From positions 5,752-69,751 of the forward strand of contig JAGOAL010000002.1 of NCBI GenBank assembly GCA_017983975.1: a stretch of 64,000 nucleotides of DNA, in the 5' to 3' direction. Each line of letters begins with the position of its first letter. Position 1 is the stretch's first letter. The notes beneath the pieces were generated by a model. It made no database searches and was not told the origin of the DNA. It saw nothing but the letters and a program-made list of their open reading frames with translations. This DNA comes from Flavobacterium sp. GTDB lineage: Bacteria; Bacteroidota; Bacteroidia; Flavobacteriales; Flavobacteriaceae. Below are positions 34,334 to 45,045 of the stretch, piece after piece. The position numbers and the translations under genes are program-made.

Positions 34334-37300
34334 TTGGAAACAACCGCTTTTACCATTTATGACGCTTCCGCCGGATCAGGGAAAACGTATACGCTAACGA
34401 AAGAATATTTGAAAATTCTTTTCTTAGCGAGTACTGATGATGCTTACAAGAAAATTCTAGCTATTACGTTTACCAACAAAGCGGTTAACGAAATGAAATC
34501 TAGAATTGTTTCTAGTTTGTATGAATTTTCCATTGATACTACTTCTGAAAAAGCTATGGATTTGCTAAAAGATGTGTCTAAAGAAACAAAACTTAGCACA
34601 ACAACCCTTAAAGATAAATCGAAAGCAATTATTAAGAATATTATTCATAATTATGCGGCGTTTGATATTTCTACGATTGATAAATTTACCCACAAAGTCA
34701 TTCGCACTTTTGCACAAGATTTAAATTTACCACCCAACTTTGAAGTGTCATTAGATACCGATGTTTTGTTGCAAGAAGCCATTGATTTAGTGATTTCTAA
34801 AGCGGGAGAAGATCAAAGTTTAACCCAGTTATTAGTTGATTTTTCAAAAGATAGAGCAGACGATGATAAAAACTGGGATATTTCAGCCGAATTATTAGCC
34901 GTGGCTCAATTGATTACTAACGAAAACAATTCGGAAGAAATCAAGGAAATGGCTGAAAAAAGTCTGACTGATTTTGGAACAATAAAAAAGAAATTACAAG
35001 AAGAAATAAAACAATTAAAAGAAGAATGTAAAGAAATTGCCCAAACAGTTTTAACAAAAATTGATTCAAATGGGGTTTCTAGAAAATCGTTTTATTCGAG
35101 CTATTTAACCAATCACTTAGCAAAAGTGGTTTCAGATAAAATAGCTATTAACGAAACGGTAATCAAATATTTAGATGGTTCAGAAAGCAGCTATTCAAAA
35201 GCAGTTCCTCAATCAGATAAAGATTTTATTGATGAAAATGCTTCAGAAATTTTAGCTTCGGTAATTACAATCAATGAAAAAGCTGGAAAAATTTCGCTGT
35301 ATGACGCTTTTCTTCAAAACTTAAATCCGCTTTCCTTGTTAAACACCATTTACAAGGAATTTAAAAACATACAAGAAGAGCAAAATATTGTTTCCATTTC
35401 CGATTTTAATACCATTATTCATAACGAAATTCAAAACCAACCCGCTCCTTTTATTTATGAGCGTTTAGGAGAAAAATACCGCCATTATTTTATTGATGAA
35501 TTTCAAGATACTTCGGTTATGCAATGGCAAAATTTAATTCCGTTAATTGATAATGCATTAGCTGGTCAAGATGAATATGGCAAAAAAGGAACCGTAATGC
35601 TTGTAGGTGATCCAAAACAAGCTATTTATCGATGGCGTGGCGGAAAAGCAGAACAATTTATCGATTTAGCAAAAGATACTGCGGCAAATAATCCGTTTTC
35701 AAATAAAGATAAAAAAACAGAGCGATTAAAAACAAATTACCGAAGTTACAGCGAAGTCATTCAGTTTAATAATTCCTTTTTTAAGCAATTAGCAAATCAA
35801 TTTAATAACGCCGATTATAAAAATTTATACGAACACCTTTCGCATCAAGAAACGAATGCTAAGCAAGGCGGATATGTAAATTTATCGTTTATCGAGGTTC
35901 CAGAAGAAGAAACTGGAGTGGAAGGTTTTGATAGCGATAACGATACAATTACGCTGAAAGACAAAGTGTATTTGAGTCACACTTTAAAAACTATTAACCA
36001 ATGTCTTGCTCATAAATTTCAATATAAAGACATCGTTTTACTTACAAGAACTAAAGCGCCTGGAATAAAATTGGCTAATTTTTTAACCGAAAATAAAATT
36101 CCAATATTATCTTCTGAAACATTATTGATTCAAAATGCAACCGAAGTAAAATTGATAATTGCCTTACTGCGCTTTTTAAAAAACCCAAAAGAAGAAGAGG
36201 CAAAAATTTATATACTGTATTATATTGCCCAACAATTACAATCGGAATTAGCAATTCACGATTTTATTTTAGCGACAAAAGATAAAAACACTGCTGATTT
36301 AGAAGTTTATTTGAATACAATTGGAATCGAAATTTCGTTTACAGATTGCAAGAAAAAATCGCTTTATGAAACGGTGGAAACATTAATTGCTACCTTTTTA
36401 AAGAATAAAGTAAACACGTCTTATTTGCAATATTTCTTAGATTTAGTGTTAGAAAAAGATGTAAAATCGCAGTCAAGTATTGCTGATTTTTTAGAATATT
36501 GGGATAAAATAGGCTTTCAGAAAAGCATTCCTTCTCCAGAAGGAACAAATGCTGTTCGAATTATGACCATTCATAAATCAAAAGGATTAGAGTTCCCGGT
36601 GGTTATTTTTCCATTTGCCGAAGAAGATTTTTCGAGAAAAATGAAAGACAAACTTTGGATTCCGTTAGAAGATTCAACTATTGATTTACCAAAAGCATTA
36701 ATCAATAATAAAAAAGAAGTGGAAAGTTATGGGATCGGTGCAAAATCCATTTTTCAAACCAAAAACCAAGAAGAAATTTTAGACACTATTAATGTACTTT
36801 ATGTTGCTTTAACGCGCGCTGAAGAACAATTGTACATTATTTCAAATAAAAAATTAACTCCTAAAGGTGAATTTGCAACGAATAATTTATCGTTCTATTT
36901 TTTAGATTATCTTCAAAATAAAGGTTGGTATGAACCCACAAAATTCACTTATGAATTTGGTGATGCCGAACGAAAATCTAAAATAGAAACCCATAAAGGC
37001 AATCATAAAAGTATTGGAATTGTGGCCAATAAATTAAAGCCTTCAAAAATTAATATTGCTCAGCGCGAAGCACTTATGTGGGGAACAATACAACAAGATG
37101 CAATTGCTTTTGGAACAATTTTACACGAAATTATGTCATTTGTCCATACAAAAGATGAGGTTGAATTGGCCTTAAATAAAGCAACAGAGTTAGGTTTGAT
37201 TAGGATATCACAACGCGAAATTTTTAACCAAACCATTCAAAATATTGTTACCCATCCTGAATTGAAAGATTTTTTTGAATCAGACGGTAAAGTTATAAAT

Positions 37301-37522
37301 GAGCAAACCATAATTAAGAAAAATACTAAATCAATAAAACCCGATAGAGTAGTAATTAAAGACAATATGGCGTATTTGTTAGATTATAAAACGGGTGAAA
37401 AACATCATAAACATATAACGCAATTAGAAGAATATGAATTGGCTTTACGCGAAATGAACTATTCGGTTGCAAAAAAAGCGCTTATTTATATAGGCGAAAG
37501 CATAGAAATAGTAACTTTGTAA
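34334..37522 (+). CDS. addA: UvrD-like helicase-nuclease, AddA-like
   Basis: ASAGSGKT, ITFTNKA, IDEFQD, VGDPKQAIYRWRG, TIHKSKGLEF, YVALTRA; C-terminal PD...DYKTG nuclease. Confidence 0.85.
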   Translation: METTAFTIYDASAGSGKTYTLTKEYLKILFLASTDDAYKKILAITFTNKAVNEMKSRIVSSLYEFSIDTTSEKAMDLLKDVSKETKLSTTTLKDKSKAIIKNIIHNYAAFDISTIDKFTHKVIRTFAQDLNLPPNFEVSLDTDVLLQEAIDLVISKAGEDQSLTQLLVDFSKDRADDDKNWDISAELLAVAQLITNENNSEEIKEMAEKSLTDFGTIKKKLQEEIKQLKEECKEIAQTVLTKIDSNGVSRKSFYSSYLTNHLAKVVSDKIAINETVIKYLDGSESSYSKAVPQSDKDFIDENASEILASVITINEKAGKISLYDAFLQNLNPLSLLNTIYKEFKNIQEEQNIVSISDFNTIIHNEIQNQPAPFIYERLGEKYRHYFIDEFQDTSVMQWQNLIPLIDNALAGQDEYGKKGTVMLVGDPKQAIYRWRGGKAEQFIDLAKDTAANNPFSNKDKKTERLKTNYRSYSEVIQFNNSFFKQLANQFNNADYKNLYEHLSHQETNAKQGGYVNLSFIEVPEEETGVEGFDSDNDTITLKDKVYLSHTLKTINQCLAHKFQYKDIVLLTRTKAPGIKLANFLTENKIPILSSETLLIQNATEVKLIIALLRFLKNPKEEEAKIYILYYIAQQLQSELAIHDFILATKDKNTADLEVYLNTIGIEISFTDCKKKSLYETVETLIATFLKNKVNTSYLQYFLDLVLEKDVKSQSSIADFLEYWDKIGFQKSIPSPEGTNAVRIMTIHKSKGLEFPVVIFPFAEEDFSRKMKDKLWIPLEDSTIDLPKALINNKKEVESYGIGAKSIFQTKNQEEILDTINVLYVALTRAEEQLYIISNKKLTPKGEFATNNLSFYFLDYLQNKGWYEPTKFTYEFGDAERKSKIETHKGNHKSIGIVANKLKPSKINIAQREALMWGTIQQDAIAFGTILHEIMSFVHTKDEVELALNKATELGLIRISQREIFNQTIQNIVTHPELKDFFESDGKVINEQTIIKKNTKSIKPDRVVIKDNMAYLLDYKTGEKHHKHITQLEEYELALREMNYSVAKKALIYIGESIEIVTL

Positions 37523-37553
37523 TCCCAAAAAGAAACACAAACATTAATAAATT

Positions 37554-38750
37554 ATGTACGGAAAAATTCAACACCACTTGCAAAGCGAATTAAATTCGAT
37601 TAAAGAAAATGGTTTGTTTAAAAAAGAACGCATTATTACTTCGCCTCAAGGTGCCGAGATTACTATTTCAACTGGAGAAACGGTTTTAAATTTTTGTGCC
37701 AATAATTATTTAGGACTTTCTTCACATCCAGAAGTAGTTCAAGCAGCAAAAGACGCCTTAGATTCTCATGGTTTCGGAATGTCATCTGTACGTTTTATTT
37801 GCGGAACACAAGATATTCACAAAGAACTAGAACAAAAAATAGCTAATTTCTACGGAACAGAAGACACTATTCTTTATGCGGCAGCTTTTGATGCTAACGG
37901 AGGTGTTTTTGAACCATTATTAGGAGAAGAAGATTGTATTATTTCTGATAGTTTAAATCATGCCTCAATTATTGATGGTGTTCGTTTATGTAAAGCAGCT
38001 CGTTATCGTTATGAAAACAATAATATGTCTGATTTAGAACAACAGTTAATCAAAGCTACCGAAGCAGGTCATCGCTTTAAATTAATTGTAACCGATGGTG
38101 TTTTTTCAATGGACGGATTAGTTGCTCCATTAGATAAAATTTGCGATTTAGCGGATAAATATGATGCTCTAGTAATGGTAGACGAGTGTCATGCCGCTGG
38201 ATTTATAGGGGCAACTAGCAAAGGAACATTAGAAGCTAAAGGAGTAATGGGTCGAGTAGATATTATTACAGGAACTTTAGGAAAAGCATTAGGGGGTGCA
38301 ATGGGAGGTTATACAACAGCTAAAAAAGAAGTAATTGAGATTTTACGTCAGCGTTCACGTCCGTATTTGTTTTCAAATTCGTTAGCCCCTTCTATTGTAG
38401 GTGCTTCGTTAAAAGTTTTTGAACTATTAGAAAAAGACACAACGCTTAGAGATCAACTAGAATGGAACACAAATTATTTCAAAGCGGGATTAAGAAAAGC
38501 AGGAATTGATTTCATTGATGGTGATTCGGCAATAGTTCCCGTAATGTTGTATGATGCTAAATTATCACAAATAATGGCAGAAAAACTTTTAGAAAAGGGC
38601 ATTTATGTAATTGGTTTTTTCTTTCCGGTGGTTCCTAAAGACAAAGCACGAATAAGAGTCCAATTATCTGCAGCACATACTCAGGAACATTTGGACAAAG
38701 CGATTAATGCATTTACAGAAGTAGGTAAAGATTTAAGAATAATTAAGTAA
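37554..38750 (+). CDS. kbl: Glycine C-acetyltransferase (2-amino-3-ketobutyrate CoA ligase)
   Basis: [26 protein letters not shown] and ARIRVQLSA motifs. Confidence 0.96.
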   Translation: MYGKIQHHLQSELNSIKENGLFKKERIITSPQGAEITISTGETVLNFCANNYLGLSSHPEVVQAAKDALDSHGFGMSSVRFICGTQDIHKELEQKIANFYGTEDTILYAAAFDANGGVFEPLLGEEDCIISDSLNHASIIDGVRLCKAARYRYENNNMSDLEQQLIKATEAGHRFKLIVTDGVFSMDGLVAPLDKICDLADKYDALVMVDECHAAGFIGATSKGTLEAKGVMGRVDIITGTLGKALGGAMGGYTTAKKEVIEILRQRSRPYLFSNSLAPSIVGASLKVFELLEKDTTLRDQLEWNTNYFKAGLRKAGIDFIDGDSAIVPVMLYDAKLSQIMAEKLLEKGIYVIGFFFPVVPKDKARIRVQLSAAHTQEHLDKAINAFTEVGKDLRIIK

Positions 38751-38851
38751 AATAACACAAAAGAGTGATTTTTTTTAACAAAACTTTTTGTAGTAAAAAA
38801 AATATAGTACTTTTGTGCTAATTATAACGTATTGTAATTAATAAATAACGT

Positions 38852-40279
38852 ATGAAACATTTAAACAAATTATTTGCTGTAACATTATTGTTTGCTGGAT
38901 TAACATCGCAAGCACAAGATAGCAACAACCCTTGGGCAGTGTCTTTCGGGGTAAACGGAGTAGATACTAGAGTTAGTGCTAGTAGAAGCGGATTAGGTTT
39001 TTTAGACAAACAATTTTCTCAAACATTTGATGTAAGTGATAATTGGAATATTTTGCCATCTATTTCGTATCTTAATGTCTCTAAATATGTTGGAGATGGG
39101 TTTTCATTTGGAGTAACTGGATCGGTTAACAAAATTACTAAATATGTAAATTTTGACCCTACATCTCCTAATGCTGATGGAAGAGGAATGGTTGTAACTA
39201 ATCCTGGAGATTTATCATATTATGGTATTGATGGTATTATCAAATACAGCTTCCAAGAAATGATCAAATCTAAATGGTTAGAGCCTTCAGCTCACATTGG
39301 AGGAGGTTACACATTTTTTGGTGATGCTTCTGCAGGAACTGTTAATGGTGGTTTAGGCTTAACTTTTTGGTTTTCAGAAGGAATGGGTTTACAATTCCAA
39401 TCAACTTACAAACATTCATATGATGTAACTAGAACAGCTAATGTAGATGTTCCAGGTCACATGCAACATTTTGCAGGTCTTACTTTCAAATTTGGAGGTA
39501 AAGACACAGATGGTGACGGAATTTACGATAGAGAAGATGCTTGTCCTGAAGTAGCTGGTTTACCAGAATTTAAAGGTTGTCCAGATACAGATAAAGATGG
39601 AATTCAAGATTCAGCAGATTCTTGTCCAGACGTTGCTGGTTTAGCTGAATTTAACGGTTGTCCTGATACAGACGGAGACGGAATCATCGATTCAGAAGAT
39701 GCTTGTGTTGATGTTAAAGGAACAAAAATGATGAAAGGTTGTCCAGATGCTGATGGAGATGGAGTAGCTGATAAAGACGATAACTGTCCTTCAGTTAAAG
39801 GTGATAAAGCTAATGGCGGATGTCCATGGCCTGATACAGATGGTGATAAAGTTTTAGATAAAGATGACAAATGCCCAACTGTAGCTGGTACTGTAGCAAA
39901 CAATGGTTGTCCTGAAGTTTCTGATGATACAATGAAAAAGTTAAACGATTATGGTAAAACTATTTTATTTAACTCAGGAAAATCATCTTTCCAAAAACAA
40001 ACAATTCCTGTATTACAAGCTATTACAGCAATCTTGAAAGAATATCCTACCGCTAAATTCTCATTAGAAGGACATACAGATAGCGATGGTAAAGATGATA
40101 TGAACCAAAAATTATCTGAAGAAAGAGCTGCTGCTGTTAAAAACTTCTTAGTTGAAAACGGTGTAGATGCTTCAAGATTATCTTCAAAAGGTTTTGGTGA
40201 GTCTGCTCCAGTTGATTCAAACAAAACTGCTAAAGGAAAAGCTAACAATAGAAGAGTAGAAGTAAAATTAGTAAAATAA
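38852..40279 (+). CDS. ompA: OmpA-family outer membrane protein with five thrombospondin type-3-like repeats
   Basis: Signal peptide, beta-barrel, 5x D.D.D...D..D.C, GHTD..G...N.KLS..RA and NRRVE motifs; TACTTTTG promoter at 38808-38815. Confidence 0.92.
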   Translation: MKHLNKLFAVTLLFAGLTSQAQDSNNPWAVSFGVNGVDTRVSASRSGLGFLDKQFSQTFDVSDNWNILPSISYLNVSKYVGDGFSFGVTGSVNKITKYVNFDPTSPNADGRGMVVTNPGDLSYYGIDGIIKYSFQEMIKSKWLEPSAHIGGGYTFFGDASAGTVNGGLGLTFWFSEGMGLQFQSTYKHSYDVTRTANVDVPGHMQHFAGLTFKFGGKDTDGDGIYDREDACPEVAGLPEFKGCPDTDKDGIQDSADSCPDVAGLAEFNGCPDTDGDGIIDSEDACVDVKGTKMMKGCPDADGDGVADKDDNCPSVKGDKANGGCPWPDTDGDKVLDKDDKCPTVAGTVANNGCPEVSDDTMKKLNDYGKTILFNSGKSSFQKQTIPVLQAITAILKEYPTAKFSLEGHTDSDGKDDMNQKLSEERAAAVKNFLVENGVDASRLSSKGFGESAPVDSNKTAKGKANNRRVEVKLVK

Positions 40280-40299
40280 TTTTTCTAAAATATACTAAG

Positions 40300-40329
40300 A
40301 AACGTCCCGATATATCGGGACGTTTTTTT
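40300..40329 (+). terminator. ompA terminator
   Basis: AAACGTCCCGA-TATA-TCGGGACGTTT plus T run. Confidence 0.85.
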
Positions 40330-40340
40330 ATTTTTATAAA

Positions 40341-43118
40341 ATGAATTCAATTACTTTTTTAGACAAACTTAGTACTACTATATTAGCACAGCCTGAAAAG
40401 GAACTAGCTAATTATACCATTGTTTTGCCCAATAAACGAGCAAAAGTATTTTTATTAGAAAGTTTAAAAAAGCAGCTTCTAGGCACTACTTTTGCCCCTA
40501 GTATTATTAGTATTGAAGATTTTATTCAAGAAATGGCAAATCTTAGAGCCATTGATAGTATTGAGTTGTTGTTTGAGTTTTATGAAGTATATCTTTCTGT
40601 AACCGATAAAGCAAAACAACAAAATTTTGAACAATTTGCTACTTGGGCCACCATTGCTATTCAAGACTTTAATGAAATTGACCGATATCTTCTAGAGCCT
40701 AATAAAGTCTTTAGCTATTTAGAAGCTATTGAAGCTTTAAAAAGATGGCAAGTAGAAGCTTCAAAAACAACAACACTAATTGATAATCATTTAGAATTTT
40801 GGGCTAAGTTGCCGCTATATTACAAATCATTTTATGACCATTTAATAAGTAAAGGTATTGGTTATCAAGGCCTAATATATCGTGAAGCAGTTAAAAATCT
40901 AGAAAAATTTGCGGCACGTACAACAAACACAATATATTTTGCGGGTTTCAACGCTTTAAATCAAGCCGAGGAAAAAATTATAAAGTATTTAGCTAATGAA
41001 AAAAAGGCTAAAATATTTTGGGACATTGATGAGCTGTTTTTAAACGATTCTTATCATGATGCAGGTTTGTTTATTCGAAAATATAAAAAAGAATGGAAGC
41101 CATTTATTCATCAGGATTTTGAATGGATTGTAAATCATTTTACCGAAGAGAAAAACATCGAGATTATTGGTACACCAAAAAGTATTGGTCAAGCTAAAAT
41201 TGTAGGAACTATTATTGAAAAAATTCAATCTAAAAGTCCAAATTTAGAAAATACCGCTGTTGTTTTAGGTGATGAAAATTTGTTGTTACCCGTTTTATTT
41301 GGTTTGCCCGCTTCGGTTGAGGCTTTAAATATTACAATGGGTTATCCAAGCAAGAATAATCCGGCGCAACTATTAATTAGTAAGTTATTTAAGCTTCATA
41401 CCAATGCCAAACAACGGAACGAAAAGAGTTACACTTTTTATTACAAGGAAGTATTGGCTATATTAAATCATCCATTAATTGAACCTTATTGTAAAGTAGA
41501 AGAAGTTGTAAATGTAATTAACAGTAATAATTTCACCTTTTTTTCTAGAGAAAAATTATTTGATTTATACACCGAAAAATATCCGAAATCCAAATCTATC
41601 TTATTCGAATTATTGTTTTCACGATGGGATGATGTTTCAGTAATATTAGCCAATTTAAATGCTATTTTGCTGCATTTAAAATCGCAACTCAATAATGATA
41701 ATTCGGAAGAAAAAGTAGCCAAAACCTTTTTATATTCGATTTATAAAACCATTGTGAAGTTAACCAATTATCACGAAAAGTATAACCAAATCGACAGCAT
41801 AAGCGCTTTGCATGCTATTTACAAGCAAATAATTGAATTGGCCGAAGTATCTTTCGAAGGCGAACCTTTATCTGGGCTTCAAGTTATGGGAGTTCTAGAA
41901 AGTCGCGTTTTGGATTTTGAAAATGTGATTATCACATCGGTAAATGAAGGGAAATTTCCAGCCGGAAAATCGCAAAATTCCTTTATTCCTTATGATGTGA
42001 AAAAGGAGTTAGGGTTGCCAACTTACAAAGAAAAAGACGCCATTTATTGCTATCACTTTTATCATTTATTGATGCGCGCTAAGAATATTTGGTTACTCTA
42101 CAATACCGATAACGAAGGTATTGATGCGGGAGAAAAAAGCCGATTCATCACCCAATTAGAAATTGAAAGACAACCAAATCACAACATCACTAGTACTATT
42201 TATAATGCTGTTTTGCCTGAAAAAGCATACGAACCTATAAGCATTCCAAAAACGGATAAAATTATAACACGTTTGCACGAAATTGCCACAGATAAAGGAT
42301 TTTCACCGTCTTCATTGACTAATTATATTCGGAATCCAATGCAGTTTTATATGCAACGTATTCTTAGAATAAATGAAGCCGAAGATGTAGAAGAAAATAT
42401 TGCCGCTAATACGTTAGGAACCATTATTCACAATGCATTGGAAGAATTGTATACGCCCTATTTGAATCAGTTTTTAGCATTGCATCATATAGAATCTATG
42501 GAATCCAAAATTGATGAAGTAATTCTAAAATATTTTAAAAAAGAGTATAAAGAAGGCGAAATCACTAAGGGGAAAAATTTATTAGCCTTTGAAGTAGCAA
42601 AACGAAATGTTTACAATTTCCTACAAGTTGAAAAGAAAGCCATTATAGAGGATAATGATGCTATTAAAGTTTTACTTTTAGAAGAATCATTAAGTTGCGA
42701 AATTCAGTTGGAATCCTTCGATTTTCCAATAAAAATTGCAGGAAAAGTTGACCGAATCGAAGAACGAAATGGCGTCATTCGAATCATCGATTACAAAACC
42801 GGAAAAGTAGATGCTGGAAGTTTAAAATTGAACGATATTTTTGCACTAACTCCTGAAATTGAGAATGAAAAAATTATACAATTACTTTGTTATGCCATGA
42901 TGTTTGAAAACCATGAGTTGCGCAAAAATCTTGATATCACTGCCGGAATCATTTCGTTTAAAAATATGAAAAAAGGATTTTTACCGGTAGTAATTGGTAC
43001 AGGAAAAGAAGCAGTTCATGTGATCTCAAATGAAATGATTGAAGATTTTAAAGTAATTATCAAGTTGCTAATTTTAGAAATTTTTAATCCTGAAATTCCG
43101 TTTAAAGAAAAGGTTTAA
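40341..43118 (+). CDS. addB: PD-(D/E)XK nuclease with inactive helicase-like region, AddB-like
   Basis: VLPNKRA, GLQVMGVLESR.LDF, FSPSSL..Y..NP and GKVDRIE...IIDYKTG motifs; near addA. Confidence 0.8.
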   Translation: MNSITFLDKLSTTILAQPEKELANYTIVLPNKRAKVFLLESLKKQLLGTTFAPSIISIEDFIQEMANLRAIDSIELLFEFYEVYLSVTDKAKQQNFEQFATWATIAIQDFNEIDRYLLEPNKVFSYLEAIEALKRWQVEASKTTTLIDNHLEFWAKLPLYYKSFYDHLISKGIGYQGLIYREAVKNLEKFAARTTNTIYFAGFNALNQAEEKIIKYLANEKKAKIFWDIDELFLNDSYHDAGLFIRKYKKEWKPFIHQDFEWIVNHFTEEKNIEIIGTPKSIGQAKIVGTIIEKIQSKSPNLENTAVVLGDENLLLPVLFGLPASVEALNITMGYPSKNNPAQLLISKLFKLHTNAKQRNEKSYTFYYKEVLAILNHPLIEPYCKVEEVVNVINSNNFTFFSREKLFDLYTEKYPKSKSILFELLFSRWDDVSVILANLNAILLHLKSQLNNDNSEEKVAKTFLYSIYKTIVKLTNYHEKYNQIDSISALHAIYKQIIELAEVSFEGEPLSGLQVMGVLESRVLDFENVIITSVNEGKFPAGKSQNSFIPYDVKKELGLPTYKEKDAIYCYHFYHLLMRAKNIWLLYNTDNEGIDAGEKSRFITQLEIERQPNHNITSTIYNAVLPEKAYEPISIPKTDKIITRLHEIATDKGFSPSSLTNYIRNPMQFYMQRILRINEAEDVEENIAANTLGTIIHNALEELYTPYLNQFLALHHIESMESKIDEVILKYFKKEYKEGEITKGKNLLAFEVAKRNVYNFLQVEKKAIIEDNDAIKVLLLEESLSCEIQLESFDFPIKIAGKVDRIEERNGVIRIIDYKTGKVDAGSLKLNDIFALTPEIENEKIIQLLCYAMMFENHELRKNLDITAGIISFKNMKKGFLPVVIGTGKEAVHVISNEMIEDFKVIIKLLILEIFNPEIPFKEKV

Positions 43119-43137
43119 CGTTTTGTTACAATTTTAG

Positions 43138-43467
43138 TTGATTCTTTTTCGTTTTCTTTACAATAAAAAAATTAGACAATTTCAAAACATATTAGCATTT
43201 TATAGAAGCACCTTAGCAATTAATCTTGCTGTTTCTTTTTTACCATTGTTGTTTAATAACATTGGAACTTTTCTATTTCTTTTTACAACTTTTGGTTATG
43301 TTGTTAGTATAGTAATTAAAGAGGTTTATAAAAATGACAATTATCTGTTTTATTATAATAATAGATTAACTAAAATTCAGTTGTGGATTTATGGTATGAT
43401 ATTAAATTTTGTTACCGCTCTATTTTTCTTTCTTATAATTGTTTTCTTTCTTAAACTAGTTAGATGA
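43138..43467 (+). CDS. Small 3-TM membrane protein
   Basis: Hydrophobic; YLFYYNN.LTK.QL; stop overlaps the ATPase start; start position uncertain. Confidence 0.6.
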   Translation: MILFRFLYNKKIRQFQNILAFYRSTLAINLAVSFLPLLFNNIGTFLFLFTTFGYVVSIVIKEVYKNDNYLFYYNNRLTKIQLWIYGMILNFVTALFFFLIIVFFLKLVR

Positions 43468-44132
43468 AACATATATTAGAAGTTGATAGTATAATTAAAA
43501 GATACGATAACAAATTAGTGTTATCGGATGTTTATGTTAAATGTGAAACGGGAAACATAATAGGGCTTTTAGGTAGAAATGGTTCTGGGAAATCAACTTT
43601 ATTGCAAATTATATTTGGAATAATTGGTGCAGAAACAAAATTTATACGAATTGATGGTGTCGTTAAACGCCATGTAAATCAATTAATGAAAGATATAAGT
43701 TATCTTCCACAACATAATTTTATTCCAGAAAATTTTTCAGTTAGAAAAGCAATCAACCTAAGTATTGAAAAATTAAAACGAAATGTTTTTTATGAGGATA
43801 ATCTTATTGCAACATTTTTAGATAATAAAATTGGTCAGCTTTCTGGTGGCGAACTTCGCTACTTAGAAATTAAGTTGATTTTGTCAAATCCGTCTAAATT
43901 TGTTTTATTAGACGAACCTTATAATGGATTATCGCCAATTATGATTGAAAAAATAAATGATATAATCATTGAAAATTCAAAAAATAAAGGAATTATTATT
44001 ACAGATCATAATTATGAAAATGTTATACGGGTCTCTAATCAACTAATTTTAATGAAATCAGGAAAAACACATCATTTAAAACATAAAAATGAATTAATTG
44101 AAAAAGGATATTTACGAGAAGGGATGATTTAA
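43464..44132 (+). CDS. ABC transporter ATP-binding protein
   Basis: GRNGSGKST, LSGGE, LLDEP and ITDH motifs. Confidence 0.9.
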   Translation: MKHILEVDSIIKRYDNKLVLSDVYVKCETGNIIGLLGRNGSGKSTLLQIIFGIIGAETKFIRIDGVVKRHVNQLMKDISYLPQHNFIPENFSVRKAINLSIEKLKRNVFYEDNLIATFLDNKIGQLSGGELRYLEIKLILSNPSKFVLLDEPYNGLSPIMIEKINDIIIENSKNKGIIITDHNYENVIRVSNQLILMKSGKTHHLKHKNELIEKGYLREGMI

Positions 44133-44134
44133 AG

Positions 44135-44917
44135 TTAAACCCTTTTCAAAAAGCCACTTAAAATCGTTAACAATTCGGCCTGATTTTCAATGTGGCTCAT
44201 GTGACCGTCTTCAAAAGTAGTGAGTTGCACTTGTGTTCCTTCAATTTGTTCTACATTTTCATTGAAATTTAAGACAGGATCTTTTTTGCCCAAAACAAAT
44301 TGAATAGGATAAGGCGCAAAATGCAAAATGACTTCGCGGTCTTTTCTAATTTTCATACCTTCTAAAGCGGCAACAATTCCTTGAAGCGGCGTTTTTAAAG
44401 CTTCTAATTTCACTTCTTCGATACTGTCTGCTAATCGTTCGCGATTATCTTCACTAAACAAATTGGCAATACTCATACGAATGAAAGCTGAATAGTTTTG
44501 TTTCACCGCAATAATTGCTCGGTCACGATTCTTTTTTCTTTCGTCGTTATCGGCTCTTGAAGTGGAGTTTTGCAGTACAATTCCTTTTACGTTATCAGGA
44601 TATAATTCGGCGAAAGCCAATGCCACATAACCGCCCATAGAATGACCAATTAAAACCGCTTTTCTGATTTTTAATTCGTGCAACACATAATGCACCATAT
44701 CGGCCTGTTCTTCCATAGTGTGGACATAACCCAGACATTCAGTAGCGCCATGACCTAATAAATCGATCGTGATGATGCGGTATTTTTTTGATAATTCTGG
44801 AATAAACGCCTTCCACATCGTTTTATTTTCCAAAAAACCATGCAACAAAACCACTGCCGTTCCTTTTCCTTGGTCGGTATAACTGATTTTAGTGTTTTTG
44901 AAGTTGGTAGTTTTCAT
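44135..44917 (-). CDS. Alpha/beta fold hydrolase
   Basis: LLHGF, DLLGHG, GHSMGG, terminal GHMSH; ATG 44917 lies 5 nt after TACCTTTG. Confidence 0.9.
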   Translation of the reverse strand: MKTTNFKNTKISYTDQGKGTAVVLLHGFLENKTMWKAFIPELSKKYRIITIDLLGHGATECLGYVHTMEEQADMVHYVLHELKIRKAVLIGHSMGGYVALAFAELYPDNVKGIVLQNSTSRADNDERKKNRDRAIIAVKQNYSAFIRMSIANLFSEDNRERLADSIEEVKLEALKTPLQGIVAALEGMKIRKDREVILHFAPYPIQFVLGKKDPVLNFNENVEQIEGTQVQLTTFEDGHMSHIENQAELLTILSGFLKRV

Positions 44918-45045
44918 AAAAGCAAAGGTAGAGTTTAAACGCAAAGGGCGCAAAGTTTTTTTGCGAAGTAAACTAATAAAAAACGGCTCACTTTCGCAAA
45001 CCGTCCTGTCTAAAAATCTATAATCCGAATATCTGAATATCCAAA

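Noticed and set aside
39500-39912. DNA repeats in ompA as a repeat array or CRISPR
   Set aside because: They are coding thrombospondin type-3-like repeats, with no identical repeats or spacers.
34334-43118. Helicase and PD-(D/E)XK nuclease as a novel defence system
   Set aside because: Motifs and sizes fit the housekeeping AddAB repair pair, separated by kbl and ompA.
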